DNA of 64,000 nucleotides from an uncultured Pseudobdellovibrionaceae bacterium (GTDB lineage: Bacteria; Bdellovibrionota; FAC87; UBA2466), in the NCBI GenBank assembly GCA_964653655.1, contig CAZZHG010000005.1, positions 2,631 to 66,630 on the forward strand, given 5' to 3'. Of this stretch, positions 36,293-44,539 are shown in pieces. Position 1 is the stretch's first letter, and every line of letters starts with the position of its first letter. The notes below the pieces were generated by a model, which saw only the letters and a list, made by a program, of their open reading frames with translations, ran no database searches and had not been told where the DNA came from. The position numbers and the translations under genes are program-made.

Positions 36293-37165
36293 CTAAAACC
36301 AAGCGACGAACCAGCTCCAGAGGATTTTGAGGAAGCTTGCGATCTGCGTGGACGCGAAGTCCGTGCGGCATTGGAAGGTGGGGCGTTCGGCGGTACGGCA
36401 ATCATCGAAGAGGCCGAGCCGCAAGTCATCGCTGGCGTTGCGTAGGAAATCGGCGTTGCTTGGGCGATTCAGATTAACGAACGCGGAAAGATAACCGTCA
36501 TTGTCTTGTCCGCCGGAATGGCTGATGGCGGTCACGCCCCAGCGGCCGTTCGCGTACCGCAGCAGCGGCCCGCCCGAGTCGCCGAAGCAAGTGCCGGTGC
36601 GGTTATCGGAACCGATGAGCCCACGAGTTTTTGTTTTGGGAGAATAGAGCTCCACGTACTCACCCACCCGAAGCACCTGGTTGGTGCCCGTGCGCTTGAT
36701 GCCGGTACCTAGCTTCGAATCGAAATCGTTACAGCCGAAACCCACGAGCCGCACTTTTTCCGCGGCGCCGGGGGAGTCCGCAAGCGCTATCACCTGGCCT
36801 TTGCGGGGATTGGCGACGTCTTCGTCCATCACCAGAAGCGAAACGTCTTCCGGATCGTTTAGTACGCCCGGCCCGAGATTTCTCACCCGGCTCGTTCCGA
36901 AATTTCCAAAGGAAGTGACGATCGTGTACTCGCCGCGCGCTTGAGTGCAGTGGGCCGCGGTAAGAACCGCGTTCGGGCTCACGAAAGTTCCCGTGCAAAC
37001 GCCATGACCCCGCGGCATCACGACCATCACGACGGCCGGATAGTCCGCGGTGACGATGAGGGACCTGTTCGACGGCGCTTCGAGCGCGTCGAGGTCGACT
37101 TCCAGGCCGCCCTTGCCGCAAGCAAGGCACAGAGGAAGCAGCAAAATGGGTAATAGAGAACGCAT
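36293..37165 (-). CDS. Trypsin-like serine peptidase (S1) lipoprotein.
   Basis: Lipobox LCLACG. The His motif VLTAAHC, a catalytic Asp in the middle, and the Ser motif CFGDSGGP are present. Confidence 0.8.
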   Translation of the reverse strand: MRSLLPILLLPLCLACGKGGLEVDLDALEAPSNRSLIVTADYPAVVMVVMPRGHGVCTGTFVSPNAVLTAAHCTQARGEYTIVTSFGNFGTSRVRNLGPGVLNDPEDVSLLVMDEDVANPRKGQVIALADSPGAAEKVRLVGFGCNDFDSKLGTGIKRTGTNQVLRVGEYVELYSPKTKTRGLIGSDNRTGTCFGDSGGPLLRYANGRWGVTAISHSGGQDNDGYLSAFVNLNRPSNADFLRNASDDLRLGLFDDCRTAERPTFQCRTDFASTQIASFLKILWSWFVAWF

Positions 37166-37521
37166 GGCGGAGAGAGGTCCTACTCTAGAGAGTAGCCAGG
37201 AAATGTAGGGTCACTTTGGCGCAATTGGGGAGCCGCCGGCACAAAAAGAGAGCCTGAAATCCGAGGTTTAGGGGGTCAGAAAGGGGGTTGCGGGGGAAAA
37301 GAAAAACGCCCCCGACTCTCTTGGTACGACTTCCGTCCCTGGTTCCGGGGGCTACGAGACAAGCCAGGGGCTTCTTTTTTACTACCGGCACTCTGCTCAA
37401 TGCCCGTACCAAAAATACCAAAAAAGTTTTCTCACCCGATTTAAATGCAGATTGCGTGCCTGTTTGGCCAGGCTGATCCCACTGTCCCGTTCGCCGGTTC
37501 CTGCAACACTCGTTGCAGAAC

Positions 37522-38280
37522 TCAAGGCGTGAAAGGCTCTCCGTACCGGTCGAGATGAAAAATCTTTTCCGGTGGGAAGCGGCCGGGGAAGGGTTTGTCC
37601 GGTCCCAGGCCATGACCTAGAGCGAGGAGCGCCACGACTTCGGCTTCCTCGGGGATATCGAATGCCTTTCTTACCGCCTCCGGGTTGAATCCTTCCATCG
37701 GAGCCGTGTCGAGCCCATAGCTTTCCGCGGCGAGCATCATGGTCGTTACCGCGATCATCGTGTGGCGCGTGACCCAAACGTCCATCTTCTGTTTGTCCAG
37801 AAATTCCAGAGCGCCCTTCGCGACTTTCTCGGAGTTTTCCGGTTTACCGGCTCCCCGCTCGGCTCCCTCGCGGACGATTCCCTCGACGTATTTGCGCCAT
37901 TCCTTCTTCATGCCGAGAGCGATTACGACGAGAGGGGCTTCGGTGACCTTAGGCTGATTGAACGCGGCCTCGCGGAGTTTTCTGCGGCCGTCCTCGCTCT
38001 CGACGAGGATGAATCGCCACGGCTGCAAGTTGTATCCGGAAGGACTTTGGGCGGTGATTTCCAGAATCGCCCTTAGCACGCTTTCCGGAATCGGATCCGG
38101 CCGGAAATGCGTCGTCGCCCTACGGTCCAGCACAACCTGAGTGATCGGTTTCACGGGCTGGCCGTTTTCCTGATTGAGAGGAAGCCACTGAGGGCGGTCC
38201 CTCAAGATAGGTTCCACGACTTCCGGTTCCGTCTTTCTAGCAGCTTCCATAGATCCTCCCTGACTCGCGTCGAGCCACAA
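37522..38280 (-). CDS. Nitroreductase-family flavoprotein.
   Basis: RATTHFRPDPIPESVLRAILEITAQSPSGYNLQPWRFILV matches the nitroreductase N-terminal FMN-binding region. Total length 252 aa. Confidence 0.75.
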   Translation of the reverse strand: MWLDASQGGSMEAARKTEPEVVEPILRDRPQWLPLNQENGQPVKPITQVVLDRRATTHFRPDPIPESVLRAILEITAQSPSGYNLQPWRFILVESEDGRRKLREAAFNQPKVTEAPLVVIALGMKKEWRKYVEGIVREGAERGAGKPENSEKVAKGALEFLDKQKMDVWVTRHTMIAVTTMMLAAESYGLDTAPMEGFNPEAVRKAFDIPEEAEVVALLALGHGLGPDKPFPGRFPPEKIFHLDRYGEPFTP

Positions 38281-38314
38281 ATTTGCAATCGCCGTGCCCG
38301 CAATGCCGCGCGGA

Positions 38315-38917
38315 TCACTCCGCTATTGCCGAGCCCTTCAGGAACGAAACGGACTTATCCATGGTGACCGGCCGGTTCTTCAGTTTGCTGCTATCTCGGA
38401 AGTACGACTTGTCCCCGAAATACAACACGTCGCCGAACCGTTGGACCACGTCATACGCGACGGTCCCCACCGAAACGGCTTCGCCGCTGCAGAAGAGGCC
38501 CGTGATGTCGCGCCGCTGACCCTGCTTCCAGTCGGTTATCTTGCAGAGCTTGGAGTCGTTGAACTCTTTCGCGGCTTTTTCTCCGTAAGCCGTAACTTTC
38601 AACTCCGTTATCGTGAAGTCGATGTTCTGGATCGTCGCGTTTTCCTTGGGCCCAGTGGCCAACTTGTACATGCCCGCGTAGGCACGCGCTTCCCATAGCG
38701 ATTCGATGGGGCAGGACCTTTCCGTGTAAAGCTTCTGCTCCCGCTTGAAATGATCGCCCCTCATGAACTCGAATTCCTCCTCCACCCACTTGCCGCGAGG
38801 ACCATCGTGGCAGGCCGCTCCCCACTTACCCGATAGCTCGATTTTGCCCTCAATGGCCCCGGCCACGCCCAGCTCCAACAGGCTCACCAGCACCAGTAAT
38901 GTCCGAATCGATCGCAT
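38315..38917 (-). CDS. Secreted hypothetical protein (200 aa).
   Basis: Signal peptide MRSIRTLLVLVSLLELGVAGA. Confidence 0.55.
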   Translation of the reverse strand: MRSIRTLLVLVSLLELGVAGAIEGKIELSGKWGAACHDGPRGKWVEEEFEFMRGDHFKREQKLYTERSCPIESLWEARAYAGMYKLATGPKENATIQNIDFTITELKVTAYGEKAAKEFNDSKLCKITDWKQGQRRDITGLFCSGEAVSVGTVAYDVVQRFGDVLYFGDKSYFRDSSKLKNRPVTMDKSVSFLKGSAIAE

Positions 38918-39002
38918 AGAAGCCTCCTTTTTCAGTCACTTGTGCAGGATGGGTGCCAGTTGGGGGTTTATTTGGGCCGGGATTTATGTTCAAACCTCCG
39001 CC

Positions 39003-40232
39003 ATGGCCCTAACCGAGCTCACCATCAACGCCCTTGGTCCCAAGGGGGACGGAATTCATCAGAATTCCCGCGGGCGGGTGTTCGTCGAGCGCACGGTCCC
39101 GGGCGACCGAGTGAAGGCGCGCCTCGAGCGGGACTCCATGGGGCTATCCCGGGGAGAAGTGATCGAAGTAATGCAGCCCTCGCGGTTTCGGATGAAGGCG
39201 CCCTGCCCTCACTACGAAGCCTGCGGCAATTGCACCCTCCAACATATAAATGAGGGTTTCTACCGGAACTGGAAGAAAGAGCTCGTGGGCGAGTCCTTCG
39301 CGAAGGTCGGGCTTCTTCCCCGGCGTTGGATACCGCCCGTGTTTCTGCCGGGCGCGAATCGCAGGCGCGCCACTTTTTCCGCGCGCCGGACGGGAAAGAA
39401 AATCCATTTTGGTTACTACCGCCGCCGGTCGAAGCTTTTGACCGACATCGATACCTGTCTCATCGCCGATCCTCGCATTCTGGAATTCAAGAAGGCTTTC
39501 GCCCCTCACCTTCCCTCCCTATTGAAGGCGGAAGAGACGCTAGACGTTTTCGTTCAGCTCGTGGGAGACCAGGTGGATGTGGTGCTCACGGGAAACGCCG
39601 TCTCTCCGAAGGTGCTTTCGGAGATCGGAATCACGCGCCTATCGGTGCGCGCGACCGAGAAGGACGAGCCTCGGATTCTCTTTCAAAAGACGCCCATCAC
39701 CACGAAGTTCGGCTCTCTAAAGGTGGAGCTGCCGCCCGGAGCCTTCCTTCAGCCGACTCTTGCGGGTGAAAAAGCACTGACCGACGCGGTTCTTGCCGCC
39801 CTTCCCGCGAAGGGCCGCTTCGCCGATCTTTTCTCGGGGTCCGGAACGTTCACGGGCCCGCTCTCGGCGCGGGGTCCGGTGGAAGCTTTCGAATCCACGC
39901 CTTCGGCCGTGAGAGCGCTCTCCAAAGCCGGCATTCGGGCGTTTCGGCGCGATCTTTTCAGACAACCCCTTCGCCGGGAGGAACTTCGCCGCTATGACGC
40001 CGTGGTCTTCGATCCGCCGCGGGCCGGCTGTGAAGCGCAGGCCGAGGCCCTTGCCCAAAGTGGCGTGCCGGTAGTGGTCGGCGTCTCCTGCAACCCGGCG
40101 ACTCTCGCCCGTGACGCCCGGATTCTGGCCGATGGCGGTTACTGGCTCCAAAGCCTCCAGCTCGTCGATCAATTTCTCTTCTCCCACCATGTCGAAGTGG
40201 TAGCGGTCTTTACGAAGAAACGCCGCCGCTAG
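39003..40232 (+). CDS. 23S rRNA (uracil-C5)-methyltransferase RumA/RlmD-like (TRAM, [4Fe-4S] and SAM-dependent methyltransferase domains).
   Basis: Internal Met MALTELTI. The TRAM-like N-terminus is followed by a Cys cluster, CPHYEACGNCTLQH. The class I methyltransferase motifs DLFSGSGTF and VVFDPPRAGC and the C-terminal catalytic Cys region VSCNPATLARD are present. Confidence 0.75.
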   Translation: MALTELTINALGPKGDGIHQNSRGRVFVERTVPGDRVKARLERDSMGLSRGEVIEVMQPSRFRMKAPCPHYEACGNCTLQHINEGFYRNWKKELVGESFAKVGLLPRRWIPPVFLPGANRRRATFSARRTGKKIHFGYYRRRSKLLTDIDTCLIADPRILEFKKAFAPHLPSLLKAEETLDVFVQLVGDQVDVVLTGNAVSPKVLSEIGITRLSVRATEKDEPRILFQKTPITTKFGSLKVELPPGAFLQPTLAGEKALTDAVLAALPAKGRFADLFSGSGTFTGPLSARGPVEAFESTPSAVRALSKAGIRAFRRDLFRQPLRREELRRYDAVVFDPPRAGCEAQAEALAQSGVPVVVGVSCNPATLARDARILADGGYWLQSLQLVDQFLFSHHVEVVAVFTKKRRR

Positions 40233-40246
40233 ATAATGCTGGCACC

Positions 40247-42319
40247 ATGAGCCTTACGGTCTACCGGCGCAAAAGAAAGTTCGATCAAACGCCGGAGCCC
40301 AAGGCCGACAAGAAACCCAAGAAATCGAAGGCCCTTCGTTTCGTCGTGCAAAAGCACGCGGCCACCCGCACTCACTACGATTTTCGGCTCGAATTGGACG
40401 GCGCCCTGCTCAGCTGGGCCGTTCCGAAAGGCCCGACTCTAACCTCCGGGGATCCTCGGCTTGCCGTTCACGTCGAGGATCATCCGATCGACTACGGCGA
40501 TTTCGAGGGAGTCATCCCGAAAGGCAACTACGGCGCCGGCACCGTGATGGTCTGGGACGCGGGCACTTACGTCGAGCGCGGCTCCACCGCGCGGGCCGAC
40601 AGCGAAAAGGCGATGCGCGCCGGAATGGAAAAGGGGCACGTCACCTTCGTGCTCGAAGGCGAGAAACTTCGGGGCGAGTTTGCGCTCGTCAAAATCAAGA
40701 AGAAGGGCGCTCCTCCGAACGGCTGGCTTCTCATTAAGAAGCACGACGCCGAAGCTTCCCGCCAGGACGTGACCAAACAGGACCGCTCCTGCGTCACGGG
40801 CCGATCGATGGAAGAGATCGCAAAGGCCGCCGACAGCGTGTGGATTCCGGGAAAGGGCCGCGCGAAGCAAGCGCCGAAGCGAGCGCCCTTGAAGAAGCCG
40901 CCTCGTCCGGCACCGAAGAAAGCTCCCGTGAAGGCAGCGCTCCCCCATCGGGTCCGCCCGATGGAACCGGTCTTCGCTCCCACGGCACCCACCGGCGGCG
41001 ATTGGATTTTCGAGACCTTCGGTGCGGGCCCGCGGGCTCTCGCGGAGGTGGAAGCCGGACAAGTGCGCCTGCACTCCAGGTCGCTCCTTCCTTTCGAGAA
41101 AAAGTATCCGGCGATTGTCAGCGCTTTGAGAAAACTCGGAACCACCGTGGTTCTCGACGGGGAAATCGTCGGCTCCAACTATCTGATTTCCGACGTGCTC
41201 TATATCGACGGCAAGGACCTTCGCGAGACCGCGCTTTCGGAGAGAAAGAAGCGGCTCGAATCGCTCGCCTTGAAGGCGCCCCTCCAGCTTGCGGAGCTCT
41301 TCGAAAAGCCGCCCGAGGCCGCGACCTATGTCGCGAAGAAGTCTGATTCGACTTATCGAAGCGGGCTTTCCCGCGATTGGCTCCGGATCAAGGGTGGCGG
41401 CACGAAGGGCAGGCCCGAACCGAAAACCAGCGAGTACCCGCCCCTCACCCATCCGAACAAAGTGTTTTGGCCCAAAGAGAAGATCACGAAGGGCGACCTC
41501 GCCGAGTACTACAAGAGCGTCGCGGATGTGATGCTCCCCTACATGAAGGACCGCCCGCAGTCTCTCCATCGTCAGCCCGACGGCTTGAAGAACGAAGGGT
41601 TCTTCCACAAGGACATGTCGGGTTTTCTTCCGCGCCGGATGGAGACGGTCCGGATCTGGTCGGGCTCCTCCGACCGGACGCTCAACTACGTTCTGTGTCA
41701 GGACAAGTGGGCGCTGCTCTATCTCGTGAACCTGGGCTGCATCGAGTTCAACCCGTGGCTTTCCAAGCGCCCGAAGCTCGAGAACCCCGACCAGGTGGTC
41801 ATCGATCTCGACCCGGACGACAACTCCTACGACGAAGTAGTGGAGGTCGCCCTCGAAGTGAGAAGAGTCCTCACTTCCATCGGCGCCGAGAGCTTTTGCA
41901 AGACGTCCGGCGCGAGCGGCATGCACATCGTGATCCCGACGGGCGCGAAGTTCGATTTCGATACGGGCCGGCTCTTCGCCGAAGCCGTCTGCAATGTCGT
42001 GCAAAAGAAGTTTCCCAAGAACACGAGCGTCGAGCGGACTCCCGCCAAACGCCGCCACAAGATCTACCTCGACTTCCTGCAGAACCGCCGCGGCCAGACT
42101 CTCGCGGCCCCCTACTGCGTCCGGCCCCGTCCGAATGCGACCGTATCGGCGCCGTTAAAGTGGTCGGAAGTGAAGAAGGGACTCACGCCGGAAGCCTTCA
42201 CCATCGAGACGATGGCTCGACGCATCGAGCGTGTGGGAGACCTCTGGAAGGGCACCCTCAATACCGCCGTCGACATCGAGGCCTGCCACAAGAGATTGCG
42301 AAAAAATTTTCACATTTAA
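40247..42319 (+). CDS. ligD: LigD-like multidomain protein: N-terminal 3'-phosphoesterase domain, a shortened ligase-like middle domain lacking the catalytic Lys, and a C-terminal primase-polymerase (LigD-Pol) domain.
   Basis: PE domain: RFVVQKHAATRTHYDFRLELDGALLSWAVPKGP. The middle domain has WIFETFGAGPRALA where ligases have EPKxDGxRA, then VLDGEIV (motif III-like), then YVAKKSDSTYRSGLSRDWLRIK (motif IV/V-like with EG changed to TY). No OB domain follows. Pol domain: VIDLDPDD, KTSGASGMHIVIP, YLDFLQNRRGQT. Confidence 0.75.
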   Translation: MSLTVYRRKRKFDQTPEPKADKKPKKSKALRFVVQKHAATRTHYDFRLELDGALLSWAVPKGPTLTSGDPRLAVHVEDHPIDYGDFEGVIPKGNYGAGTVMVWDAGTYVERGSTARADSEKAMRAGMEKGHVTFVLEGEKLRGEFALVKIKKKGAPPNGWLLIKKHDAEASRQDVTKQDRSCVTGRSMEEIAKAADSVWIPGKGRAKQAPKRAPLKKPPRPAPKKAPVKAALPHRVRPMEPVFAPTAPTGGDWIFETFGAGPRALAEVEAGQVRLHSRSLLPFEKKYPAIVSALRKLGTTVVLDGEIVGSNYLISDVLYIDGKDLRETALSERKKRLESLALKAPLQLAELFEKPPEAATYVAKKSDSTYRSGLSRDWLRIKGGGTKGRPEPKTSEYPPLTHPNKVFWPKEKITKGDLAEYYKSVADVMLPYMKDRPQSLHRQPDGLKNEGFFHKDMSGFLPRRMETVRIWSGSSDRTLNYVLCQDKWALLYLVNLGCIEFNPWLSKRPKLENPDQVVIDLDPDDNSYDEVVEVALEVRRVLTSIGAESFCKTSGASGMHIVIPTGAKFDFDTGRLFAEAVCNVVQKKFPKNTSVERTPAKRRHKIYLDFLQNRRGQTLAAPYCVRPRPNATVSAPLKWSEVKKGLTPEAFTIETMARRIERVGDLWKGTLNTAVDIEACHKRLRKNFHI

Positions 42320-42368
42320 TTCGGCTTAATTCCCTCAAAACGCAGCGCTGCAAAAGCCGAAAAGTCAG

Positions 42369-43022
42369 GTGGAGGTCCTCGTTATGGCCAAGTCCACCGC
42401 AAAGGCGAAGGCGCCCAAGAAAGAAAAGAAAGCCGCCGCTCCGAAGAAGGAATTCTTCAAGACGCGAAAAACCCGCGAGCCGGAGCTCGAAGCGGGCGAC
42501 ACGATCACGCCGCCGGAAGAAATCCAGCAGGCCATCGACGCCTTCCGCGATGCCCAGGAGCAGATGAAGCACTTCGAGGGCGAAGCGACCGTGCAAAAGG
42601 ACGCCATCAACGACTTCGCGCTGAAGGAGTATTCGAAGCGCGTGACGAAGGGCAAAGGCCGGTCGTTCAAGTTGCTGGGCGATCAGAGCATGGTGACCTA
42701 CGTAGTAATGGACGCGAGCGCCGGTCTCACCGAGGAAGAAGTCGAGGCGTTCAAGGAGCAATGGGGCGAGGACGCGGCCGATGAGCTCATCACGCGCGAT
42801 CTGGCGAGCATCCGTTTCGACGGGGCGGTTTTGGAAGCGAATTACGAAGCGGTGGTCGAAGCCCTGCAAGTCCTGCCGAAAGACGTGCTCGAGAATCTCT
42901 TCAAGCCGATGCTCATGAAGGCCACCAAGGGGGCCGTCGAAAAGGCGAAGAACTTCGCGAAGAACGCCGACGAGCTTCAGGAATTAATTCGGCAACTTAA
43001 GATACGTAATTACATCCGCTAA
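42369..43022 (+). CDS. Lysine-rich hypothetical protein (histone-H1-like N-terminal tail), not Ku.
   Basis: MAKSTAKAKAPKKEKKAAAPKK is followed by an acidic helical domain. An RBS-like GGTGGAGG precedes the start. It sits between the LigD-like gene and the mini-ligase gene. Confidence 0.55.
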   Translation: MEVLVMAKSTAKAKAPKKEKKAAAPKKEFFKTRKTREPELEAGDTITPPEEIQQAIDAFRDAQEQMKHFEGEATVQKDAINDFALKEYSKRVTKGKGRSFKLLGDQSMVTYVVMDASAGLTEEEVEAFKEQWGEDAADELITRDLASIRFDGAVLEANYEAVVEALQVLPKDVLENLFKPMLMKATKGAVEKAKNFAKNADELQELIRQLKIRNYIR

Positions 43023-43067
43023 GTTGAGGTTGCCCACCGCCTCCGGGCTGCCTATCTTGGGCGGCTC

Positions 43068-43676
43068 ATGGGGTTTGGGGATCCGCGCAGTGTTTTGACC
43101 GCGACTATTTTTACCCGGCGCCCTCTCATGCCTTCTTCTCTTTTCATCAAAGCGATGCACCCGAAGTCGGAGATTAGCCCCGACGCCCAGTCCATCGAAC
43201 GGGTTTTGAAAATGGGTTGGGTGGGCCAGTTGAAGATCCATGGCCACCGCGCGCAGATTCACATTCCTTCCGATCCGAAGGAAAAGCCCATCGCCTACAA
43301 CCGCCAGGGCCGTAAGCACAAGCTCGCCTTGCCCCCTTCGATGGTGAAGGAGCTGTACCGGCTGTTCCGCCCCGAAAAGGGCTGGAACGTGATCGACGCC
43401 GAATGGCTCAAGCCCGAAGAGAAGCTCTACGTTTTCGATTTCCTGAAAAAGGACGGCGAAATTCAACGCCCCAAGACTTTCCCCGAGCGCTGGGCGCTAC
43501 TGCCCCGCGCGTTTCTGTCCCCGCACATTCAGGTGCTGCCGCTATTTAGGGACCTGCCCGCTTGTCTGAAGGCGATGGCCACTCCCGGCGACCACATCGA
43601 AGGCCTCGTCTTCAAGTCGACGAGCTCGACGGGCTTCTCGGATACGTCGATCGTCCGCTGCCGCCGCAAAAAGTGA
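43068..43676 (+). CDS. Short ATP-dependent ligase-like nucleotidyltransferase domain protein (motif I is KIHGHR instead of KxDGxR).
   Basis: WVGQLKIHGHRAQIHI (motif I-like, Lys retained, Asp replaced by His). AYNRQGRKH, IDAEWL (motif III-like), LYVFDFLKKDGEIQRPKTFPERWALL, and EGLVFK (motif IV) are in ligase order. It is only about 180-200 aa, the start is uncertain, and its stop codon lies inside the left direct repeat of the adjacent mobile element. Confidence 0.5.
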   Translation: MGFGDPRSVLTATIFTRRPLMPSSLFIKAMHPKSEISPDAQSIERVLKMGWVGQLKIHGHRAQIHIPSDPKEKPIAYNRQGRKHKLALPPSMVKELYRLFRPEKGWNVIDAEWLKPEEKLYVFDFLKKDGEIQRPKTFPERWALLPRAFLSPHIQVLPLFRDLPACLKAMATPGDHIEGLVFKSTSSTGFSDTSIVRCRRKK

Positions 43677-43692
43677 AGCGTTCCGCATTGAA

Positions 43693-43722
43693 CCAAAAGG
43701 TGCGGCCTCACTTCTGGCTTTC
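43693..43722. repeat. Left inverted repeat of the Y1-transposase element.
   Basis: CCAAAAGGTGCGGCCTCACTTCTGGCTTTC is the exact reverse complement of 44433-44462. Confidence 0.8.
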
Positions 43723-44379
43723 GTCCTCTCGAAATTGAATAGGTATTTCCCGAGTCCGGCGAACTCGACCGAAGACGAACTTACGACGATAGAGCGCCTT
43801 GCGTAGAACCTCAACGTGCTCGGCATCGTAGGGCTCATCCAACCAGTCGCACCATCGGTAGATTCCTTTACGAGCAAGATTGAGCGAAAGAGATTTTTCA
43901 AATGGGTGAGACGAAAGATGAACTTCATAGGGCCGATCCAGTAGAAATCCACCAGCGGTGCTGAAACGATAGTCCGAGACGCGTGTTACGATTCCTTGCC
44001 GAACTGGATTTTGATAGATGTATCGAAAAACGTGGTGGTATTGAAACCAGTTATCGATAAGCGTCCACTTGTAGGGACCCCCGAAGACATGATTTATCCG
44101 ATCGGCTCGGGAGTTGATTTCATCACTAACTCCCTTCAAAAGGCGGCACATCACAGCATCAATGCCTATCGCGGGTGCGCTTGCAAGAATGTGATAATGA
44201 TTCGACATCAGAACGAAGGCGTGAACCTGTAGCCCCCACTTCTCGATTACCCAATTCAACTGCCCTACAAAGACGTTCCATACTTCTTGCGGCGGTAGAT
44301 AGAACCACTCGCGATTGTTAGAACGCCCGTAAAGGTGGTACGGGAGGCTTGTGCTTCGAATCAGACGTCTCCGAGCCAT
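43708..44379 (-). CDS. Y1 HuH tyrosine transposase (IS200-like / REP-associated tyrosine transposase family).
   Basis: The HuH motif VLMSNHYHILAS and a C-terminal catalytic Tyr context YIYQNPVRQGIV are present. At 223 aa it is larger than classical IS200 TnpA. Confidence 0.7.
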   Translation of the reverse strand: MARRRLIRSTSLPYHLYGRSNNREWFYLPPQEVWNVFVGQLNWVIEKWGLQVHAFVLMSNHYHILASAPAIGIDAVMCRLLKGVSDEINSRADRINHVFGGPYKWTLIDNWFQYHHVFRYIYQNPVRQGIVTRVSDYRFSTAGGFLLDRPYEVHLSSHPFEKSLSLNLARKGIYRWCDWLDEPYDAEHVEVLRKALYRRKFVFGRVRRTREIPIQFREDESQK

Positions 44380-44432
44380 GGGGAGAACAGATACACTCTC
44401 TGTAAGTAAACGCTAGAAGGTATGGGGGGCGT

Positions 44433-44462
44433 GAAAGCCAGAAGTGAGGCCGCACCTTTTGG
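44433..44462. repeat. Right inverted repeat of the Y1-transposase element.
   Basis: GAAAGCCAGAAGTGAGGCCGCACCTTTTGG is the exact reverse complement of 43693-43722. Confidence 0.8.
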
Positions 44463-44539
44463 CTGCGCCGCAAAAAGTGAAGCGTTCCGCATAATCTCTC
44501 TTTCAAGACCCGCCTCGCTCATTCCGAAAAATATAGAGT

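Larger units (their letters stand above)
43663..44492 (-). mobile_element. IS200/IS605- or RAYT-like element: a Y1 (HuH) transposase gene bracketed by perfect 30-bp inverted repeats and about 26-30-bp direct repeats.
   Basis: The direct repeat GCCGCAAAAAGTGAAGCGTTCCGCAT occurs at 43663-43688 and at 44467-44492. An inverted repeat GAAAGCCAGAAGTGAGGCCGCACCTTTTGG occurs at 44433-44462 and its exact reverse complement at 43693-43722. They enclose the transposase gene. Confidence 0.7.

Noticed and set aside
40439-42058. 539-aa minus-strand ORF.
   Set aside because: Antisense to the LigD-like gene, which has clear PE and Pol motifs. The product is Arg/Gly-rich.
40247-43676. Ku70/80-like gene expected next to LigD.
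   Set aside because: None of the ORFs in or around the locus shows a Ku beta-barrel-like sequence. The intervening gene is a Lys-rich protein, so Ku is not called.
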